64,000 nt of DNA from Minisyncoccota bacterium. GTDB taxonomy: Bacteria; Patescibacteriota; Minisyncoccia; Phycocordibacterales; UBA5272. The notes below the pieces were generated by a model. It was not told where the DNA came from and searched no databases. It saw nothing but the letters and a program-made list of their open reading frames with translations. A program made the position numbers and the translations under genes. This document shows positions 58,774-64,000 of this stretch, one piece after another. Numbering within the stretch: position 1 is the first letter of the stretch; each line of letters starts with the position of its first letter. The stretch spans positions 35,809-99,808 of the forward strand of contig JAGOQU010000001.1 in NCBI GenBank assembly GCA_018063165.1, in the 5' to 3' direction.

Positions 58774-59136
58774 TTTTTTTGTTGAGATTTTATTTTCTTT
58801 AACTCTAAATTTTATAATTTTTGTTATAAGTGTATACGGTAAAGGGGCGTCTATTTTAAATTGAACGGATCCTTTTGCGAGTTTGTATGGAGACAGTTCT
58901 TTTTTGAATGCTTCTATAGCAGATGGGGTAGGGTAGAAACCTATATGTTTTTTGTACCCACCAAAATGAACTAGGTTGCCATGTAATACAAATGTTGGTA
59001 TGCCGTATTTTATTGTTTCTTGTGCGCCAGGTGCAGATTCCTGTACTGTCTTTCTGAGTTGTTGTAAGATATTTTGAACATCAATTGGGAATGTTGCTAT
59101 ATAGGAATCAATAGAAAGTGATGTATTTTGTTTCAT
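58768..59136 (-). CDS. DUF1801 (YdhG-like) domain protein
   Basis: VQNILQQLRKTVQESAPGAQETIKYGIPTF...KKHIGFY pattern. Confidence 0.5.
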   Translation of the reverse strand: MKQNTSLSIDSYIATFPIDVQNILQQLRKTVQESAPGAQETIKYGIPTFVLHGNLVHFGGYKKHIGFYPTPSAIEAFKKELSPYKLAKGSVQFKIDAPLPYTLITKIIKFRVKENKISTKKL

Positions 59137-59166
59137 ATTTAAAGTTTTGTTATCTGTGTGCTATTT

Positions 59167-60093
59167 TTAAACAATAAATCCTTTAAGTGTTTGAAGTGAT
59201 ATTTCAAATTCTTTTAATTTTTCTTGCATGACTGGGGGAAGTGTTAGTGATTCTAACATCTTCTTTTGTTCACTGATTGAATGTACTAGGTGTGCAAAAA
59301 GTCTTTTTTCTATAGATGTGATTTCTTGATTGTTGTAATAGAGGTCATTTGTGAGTTCTGCTAAATCTTTACTTTCTATATTTAAATAAAATACTGGTAT
59401 GTTTCGTGCGGGTGATCTGACAACCTTTTTTTCTTTTAAAGAAACACCGTATTTTGCGCGCGTGCCACCTAGTACTGCACTTTTTTTAATTTTCTCAATT
59501 TTTTTTGACGCACCTCTGTTCCTGTCTCCTTCATTCTCAAGAACTTCATCAAAAGCACATATGATAGCACCTGTTTCTTTGTCGAGAATGAGATTATCTA
59601 TTCCATTTTTATAGTCATCAAATATAGATGTTCTCACAACAAGAAAACGTTCTTTAAGAATTTTGTGCAATAGTCCTGTTATCGCCATTTCAGCTTGGTT
59701 ACTTTTACTAACTTCTTTATTTTCGCGATGTTTTGCTACTATTCCTTCTACGGTGTCTATTCCATGAGTGTTTTTATAGAATATTTGAGTGTTAGGAACA
59801 TCAGCTGCAGAGTTGAGTCTGTCTAGTGCATATACGGTTTCTTCGTCATTATGTATATCCTCTTTTTCATATATACCACCTAGCTCACGATCAAATGGTG
59901 TTGTGTTTATGTGTAATGAAGAGTCTATAAGATTTTGTATTCCATATTTTTTTTCTAGATCTTTATTTATATCTTCTGCATTACGAGACATAACACGTAA
60001 CAATTTTCCAAAAGGGGTCATTTGTTTTTCGTTTGTTGAACGAAATGTTTCTTTAGAAGATAAAGAAGATGATGCATGTTCTTGATTTTTCAT
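59167..60093 (-). CDS. hypothetical protein (308 aa)
   Basis: ORF only. Confidence 0.4.
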   Translation of the reverse strand: MKNQEHASSSLSSKETFRSTNEKQMTPFGKLLRVMSRNAEDINKDLEKKYGIQNLIDSSLHINTTPFDRELGGIYEKEDIHNDEETVYALDRLNSAADVPNTQIFYKNTHGIDTVEGIVAKHRENKEVSKSNQAEMAITGLLHKILKERFLVVRTSIFDDYKNGIDNLILDKETGAIICAFDEVLENEGDRNRGASKKIEKIKKSAVLGGTRAKYGVSLKEKKVVRSPARNIPVFYLNIESKDLAELTNDLYYNNQEITSIEKRLFAHLVHSISEQKKMLESLTLPPVMQEKLKEFEISLQTLKGFIV

Positions 60094-60142
60094 AATACTA
60101 ATAAGTATACATGAAAATGCACTCTATTTCTTTATTGTGTTG

Positions 60143-60213
60143 CTGGGGTACAAGGGCTCGAACCTCGATTAACAGTTCCAGAAACTGCTGTCCTACCATT
60201 AGACGATACCCCA
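60143..60213 (-). tRNA. tRNA-Gln (anticodon CTG)
   Basis: Reverse complement TGGGGTATCGTCTAATGGTAGGACAGCAGTTTCTGGAACTGTTAATCGAGGTTCGAGCCCTTGTACCCCAG. U1-A72 as in bacterial tRNA-Gln. Anticodon loop TTCTGGA. Confidence 0.8.
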
Positions 60214-60514
60214 ATATTTTATAAATTCTCTCTGTATTTATTGTCCTGAGTAAAGACATTGTCCTACCCCTCAAGAATGCACCAAGTATGAATCTGTTGA
60301 TTCAACTGCGATTTCAAAAGATTGATTACAATCTAAGAAATCGGGAGCATTAGACGATACCCCAATATTTTATAAATTCTCTTTGTATTTATTGTCCTGA
60401 GTAAAGACACTGTCCTACCCCTCAAGAATGCACAAAGTATGAATCTGTTGATTCAACTGCATTTTCTATAAATTAAGTACAATTTAAGAAACGGGAGCAT
60501 TAAGACAGTATCAC
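60197..60514. repeat. tandem direct repeat, about 151-bp unit in 2 copies plus a diverged partial third; each unit is the tRNA-Gln 5' 17 nt plus its upstream promoter-like region
   Basis: Copy 1 at 60197-60347 and copy 2 at 60348-60497 are near-identical, with a few substitutions and a more diverged tail. A partial third copy begins CATTAAGACAGTATCAC at 60498. Confidence 0.7.
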
Positions 60515-60710
60515 TAGTAATATGTATATTTTACTTTTTATAAAGTATCAGGAGATGATACCATAATTTTGTATTTTTTTCCAGAGTGTTTTTACTTAAT
60601 GTGATTGATAAAAAAGACAAAAGATATATAGTTGCAATGCTTTTAATGGAGTGTATATGTGGATTGCTTACGTATATTTAGACGTATCGTTGCTATACTA
60701 AAAGTATATT

Positions 60711-63227
60711 ATGGGCAAAATTCTACCTAAAAGAAAATACTTCAAATCAACCATATATCGCCCCAACTTTGATGTCGGTTCCCATATCGATAATGTTAAA
60801 TATTCTTTGGAGCATTTAATTTTTTCTAATGCAAAAGAAACAGAAAGTAATCTTCTTAAAAAAAGAATAAAAATAGTTGCTAGTATTACTGTGCTTCTTA
60901 TGGTGGTTAGTTCTTTCTTTTCTCCAAAAGGTAAAGCTGAAATAGCAACATTTTACCCGACAGCATGTCTAGGTGGATGGAATAATCCTCATCATGCAGA
61001 AGGTGAACCACAAGTTATTTCTAATAGTAATGAAAGTGATTTTGATGGTACAAATTCTGCATTATTACATGCAAGCACAAGTGCTGATATATATTGTGGT
61101 AATTTTGTTGGGTCTATAGAAAAAAATACAAAGCCAGTTAAGATGCTAGTTTCTTTTTCTTGGAGTAAAAATAGTGATACAGCATTAGTGAAAAATATTT
61201 CAGAAGAAGTTTCTTCTTCTACGGATATGGGGAACGTAGCCTCGACAACTGATATTTCACTTGAACTTTCTACAACCACACAAGAAATTAGCACTAGTAC
61301 AGATGCGATACTCACTGGTAGTAGTACAGCTTCAACTACACAAGAGATAGATATAGCAACAACTACAGATATAGAAAAAAAGATTGATGGTGTTTCTTTG
61401 GTTAATAAAGTAATAGACGCTGTTTCGGATGCTTTTAGTTCTTTATTTAGTAACAATAATGATTCAAAAGTTAATACTAGTACAACGACAGAAGTAGGCT
61501 CTAGCACAGATCAAGTAATTAGTAATACAGATAACATTGCTACTACTACAATTCAAATTGAAGATGTAAAAGCGTCTACAACAGAAATAAATATACAAAA
61601 TGAATCTTCTGTAGAAACAAACTCACAAAAAACAGATACTGTAGAAGAGCAGACAGTTTCTCAGGATACCGTACCTGTTCAAGAAATAACACCAACACCT
61701 ACTCCTGTAATACAAGAGGCTAGTGTAGAACCTTCACAAGAACAAGCTCCTGAACCAGCTCCTGTCTCTCTCTTTAATTCTTTAATAGAAAAAATTAGTA
61801 CAGCTTTTGTTAAAAAAGTGTTTGCTGAAGAAATAATTGATGTAGCAGAAAAGAATACACCGAAAGACCTTTCTTCTATAGAAACTATAAACACAAATGA
61901 AGCAAGTTCAACCAGTGAAGAAATGAAAGACATATCTCTTTTAATTCCAGAGATAGATAATAGTTCTTCTACGATACAAGAAAGTACTTCTACTGATGAT
62001 TCTGCATTCTCTACATCTACTGAAGAGATTGCTGAGTTATTTCAGAATGATTTTCTTGAAGTTTTGTATACGTTTGATGGTATTACTTGGTTTAGTCTAG
62101 GAAAAGTTAGTGAACAATCCATGAAATATAGAACATTTGAAATCCCCGTAACAGCTTCTACCTCATGGGAAGATATGAGTAAGTTACAATTAAAAGTTGC
62201 ATCTATTGAAAGAAAGGTTGCTAACCCAGCTGTGTATTTGGATGGTATAAAAGTAGAAGTATTATACGAGTCTACTGTGACACATGAGCATCCTGATTTT
62301 GTGCGTGACACCATTCTTCAAGATGAAGTTGTGGGGAATATACGTATTATTCGTATTATTAATAACGATACAAATTTAGAAGAAATATGGTATTTACATC
62401 AAGAAAGTGTAAGTACAACCACTGTAGAAACAGTAGCGACTTCTACAGATAGTAACGCAACAACAGATAACGCAACTTCTACAGAAGTTATACCAGAAAC
62501 CTCACAAATAATGGATAATGCTTCTTCTACAAATACACAAAATACAAACATAGATGGTATAGCAACAACGTCCGATAGAGTTATCAGGCCTAATAGTTTA
62601 AAAAACACTTGGGTAAAACTCGATGTTGAAGATGTTTCCTCAAAAGATATTACCGAAATTGTTAAAGATATAGAAATAGAAGAAGAAAAACAAGAATTTA
62701 TTATTCCTGATTTTACAAAAGATTTTATTAAAAAAATACAAGGAAGCTTTTTACATGCTGTTGTGGTTCAAATAGAGCAAGAGGGTAAAGATAGTTTATG
62801 GCTTTTTGATATAGAAAAAAATACGGAAGAGAAAATAGATAGTTCAGGTAAGGCAACATTTTCAAAAACATATCCGTTTGGTATGAAAGATGAAACCGTT
62901 TTCTGGTTATCAGAAGATAAAACTATTGTTTTTAGTTATAATGTGATAACAAAAGTAATTGATCAAAAAGAGATACCACCATATGATATTTCTTTGGGTG
63001 AAAGAGGTGTTGTGTTCTTCGATACTATTCCTTGGAAAGTTATCGTAGGATCTGATCAGTTTTCTTTCTTTTCAGAAGAAACAGGAGAAGTATTTTCTGA
63101 TGATAATTTAAATGTTGGGGAGGCTTTTCGTATTAAAGAAAAATTAGATACCATTTTAAAAAAGGAAGATTTAGAGAATCTTAATTTTGTAACAGATACA
63201 ATAACTGACACAGTAACAGAAGAATAA
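60711..63227 (+). CDS. large membrane-anchored Ser/Thr-rich surface protein (838 aa), hypothetical
   Basis: N-terminal TM helix (IVASITVLLMVVSSFF). About 350 aa of S/T/E-rich low complexity (SSTD, ATTT repeats). More ordered C-terminal region. Confidence 0.5.
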   Translation: MGKILPKRKYFKSTIYRPNFDVGSHIDNVKYSLEHLIFSNAKETESNLLKKRIKIVASITVLLMVVSSFFSPKGKAEIATFYPTACLGGWNNPHHAEGEPQVISNSNESDFDGTNSALLHASTSADIYCGNFVGSIEKNTKPVKMLVSFSWSKNSDTALVKNISEEVSSSTDMGNVASTTDISLELSTTTQEISTSTDAILTGSSTASTTQEIDIATTTDIEKKIDGVSLVNKVIDAVSDAFSSLFSNNNDSKVNTSTTTEVGSSTDQVISNTDNIATTTIQIEDVKASTTEINIQNESSVETNSQKTDTVEEQTVSQDTVPVQEITPTPTPVIQEASVEPSQEQAPEPAPVSLFNSLIEKISTAFVKKVFAEEIIDVAEKNTPKDLSSIETINTNEASSTSEEMKDISLLIPEIDNSSSTIQESTSTDDSAFSTSTEEIAELFQNDFLEVLYTFDGITWFSLGKVSEQSMKYRTFEIPVTASTSWEDMSKLQLKVASIERKVANPAVYLDGIKVEVLYESTVTHEHPDFVRDTILQDEVVGNIRIIRIINNDTNLEEIWYLHQESVSTTTVETVATSTDSNATTDNATSTEVIPETSQIMDNASSTNTQNTNIDGIATTSDRVIRPNSLKNTWVKLDVEDVSSKDITEIVKDIEIEEEKQEFIIPDFTKDFIKKIQGSFLHAVVVQIEQEGKDSLWLFDIEKNTEEKIDSSGKATFSKTYPFGMKDETVFWLSEDKTIVFSYNVITKVIDQKEIPPYDISLGERGVVFFDTIPWKVIVGSDQFSFFSEETGEVFSDDNLNVGEAFRIKEKLDTILKKEDLENLNFVTDTITDTVTEE

Positions 63228-63228
63228 T

Positions 63229-64000
63229 ATGAAACAAAACATTTCTTTTTTTAAAAAATACATAGAAAGAAAATATATGTTTTCTGCGGTTGTTGTTATT
63301 GCAGGAATTTTCTTATCTTTACTTGTATGGACTTATTTTTTTTATATACCAAAAATTGTAGTGCATACAAATAACAGTAATACATTACTTAATCCTGCAC
63401 TTTCTGTGTTAGATAAAAAAGATCTTATTGTTAATTTTCAAGAGCTTCGTGAATATCTTACAAATACATATGAAAAAAGAGATGATTATCTTGTTTCTAT
63501 TTATTTTGAGTATCTTCCAACTGGGGCAAATATATCAATTAATAAAGATGAAAAGATTTGGCCGGCGAGTCTTATTAAAATACCAGTTGCCATGTCTGCT
63601 ATGAAAAAAGTAGAAAATAAGATATGGAAAATCGACAATGAACTTGTTATTTTAGACGATGATAAAGATAGTGAGTATGGAGATATGTATAAAGAACATA
63701 CAGGAAGCACCCATACAATACAAAAATTTCTAGAAAAAACGCTTATTGATTCTGATAATACTGCACACTTTGTTTTATTACGTAACTTAGATGGATCAGA
63801 ACTTGAAGATGTATATACACATTTGGGTCTAGATGATGTTATTGACTCACTTAAAAAGTCTCCAAAAAAGGAAAATGAAATTGATAATCGTATAACAGCA
63901 AAAAAATATTCTATTTTTTTTAGGTCACTTTACAATGCAACATATTTAGATCAAGCTTATTCACAAATGTTTTTAGATATTCTTGAAAAAGCCCCAAGGG
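63229..64000 (+). CDS. class A beta-lactamase-like / penicillin-binding serine hydrolase, 3'-partial at the window edge
   Basis: N-terminal TM anchor, then the S-x-x-K motif (ASLIKIP) and the SDN motif (IDSDNTAHFVLL). No stop before the window end. Confidence 0.55.
   Translation, partial: MKQNISFFKKYIERKYMFSAVVVIAGIFLSLLVWTYFFYIPKIVVHTNNSNTLLNPALSVLDKKDLIVNFQELREYLTNTYEKRDDYLVSIYFEYLPTGANISINKDEKIWPASLIKIPVAMSAMKKVENKIWKIDNELVILDDDKDSEYGDMYKEHTGSTHTIQKFLEKTLIDSDNTAHFVLLRNLDGSELEDVYTHLGLDDVIDSLKKSPKKENEIDNRITAKKYSIFFRSLYNATYLDQAYSQMFLDILEKAPR

Noticed and set aside
60197-60514. Possible CRISPR array at the tandem repeat next to tRNA-Gln
   Set aside because: Repeat unit is about 151 bp with no short unique spacers. 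It contains tRNA 5' sequence and promoter-like DNA. No cas genes.

Overview
AT-rich (by eye), gene-dense bacterial chromosomal window. Almost every gene is shorter than its canonical homolog. Examples are a 157-aa EF-Ts, a ThrRS with no TGS domain, PheS/PheT with no N-terminal extensions, a 746-aa SMC with no hinge, and an RF2 with no frameshift leader. Long intact ORFs for gyrB, thrS and pheT, and the presence of RF2, argue for the standard genetic code. Together with the many small secreted or membrane proteins and a four-helix-bundle (rRNA-IVS/Avd-like) protein, this fits a reduced-genome bacterium of the Candidate Phyla Radiation (Parcubacteria-like) type. That assignment is inference only.

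Housekeeping content: rpsB-tsf; pheS-pheT; murC and murD; gyrB; thrS; a LemA-HtpX-LemA-TPM membrane cluster; a SpoU methyltransferase; an AlkD-like repair protein; an M3 oligopeptidase; lgt followed by a radical-SAM enzyme; uppP; smc; rnr; the rpsP-KH-trmD operon; rarA; prfB; ftsEX; a Pif1-like helicase; and five tRNAs (Thr-TGT, Ser-GGA, Thr-GGT, Thr-CGT, Gln-CTG).

Most unusual observations:
(1) A papain-fold NlpC/P60-like domain, with Cys and both His residues conserved, inserted into the B5 domain of PheT. A C39-like cysteine peptidase lies immediately downstream.
(2) One histidine kinase flanked by three near-identical receiver-only response regulators.
(3) Two tRNA-Thr genes, each followed by a direct duplication of its own 3' end (24 and 36 nt). 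Each duplication brackets a roughly 120-bp GC-richer insert that carries hairpins, an inverted degenerate copy of the tRNA T-arm, and a shared AACGAAGTG motif. A tRNA-Gln whose 5' end plus promoter region is tandemly duplicated (151-bp unit, about 2.1 copies) shows the same theme.
(4) A 30-codon remnant of an XRE-family HTH gene directly after tRNA-Ser, followed by an isolated GC-rich 11-bp-stem hairpin. These look like scars of decayed integrated elements.
(5) A 5' cluster of TrbC/VirB2-like pilin-family proteins with Cys-rich tails, one carrying an internal duplication of the pilin unit.
(6) lgt translationally coupled to a radical-SAM enzyme with Cys-rich N- and C-terminal extensions.

No CRISPR array, rRNA or intact transposase was seen.
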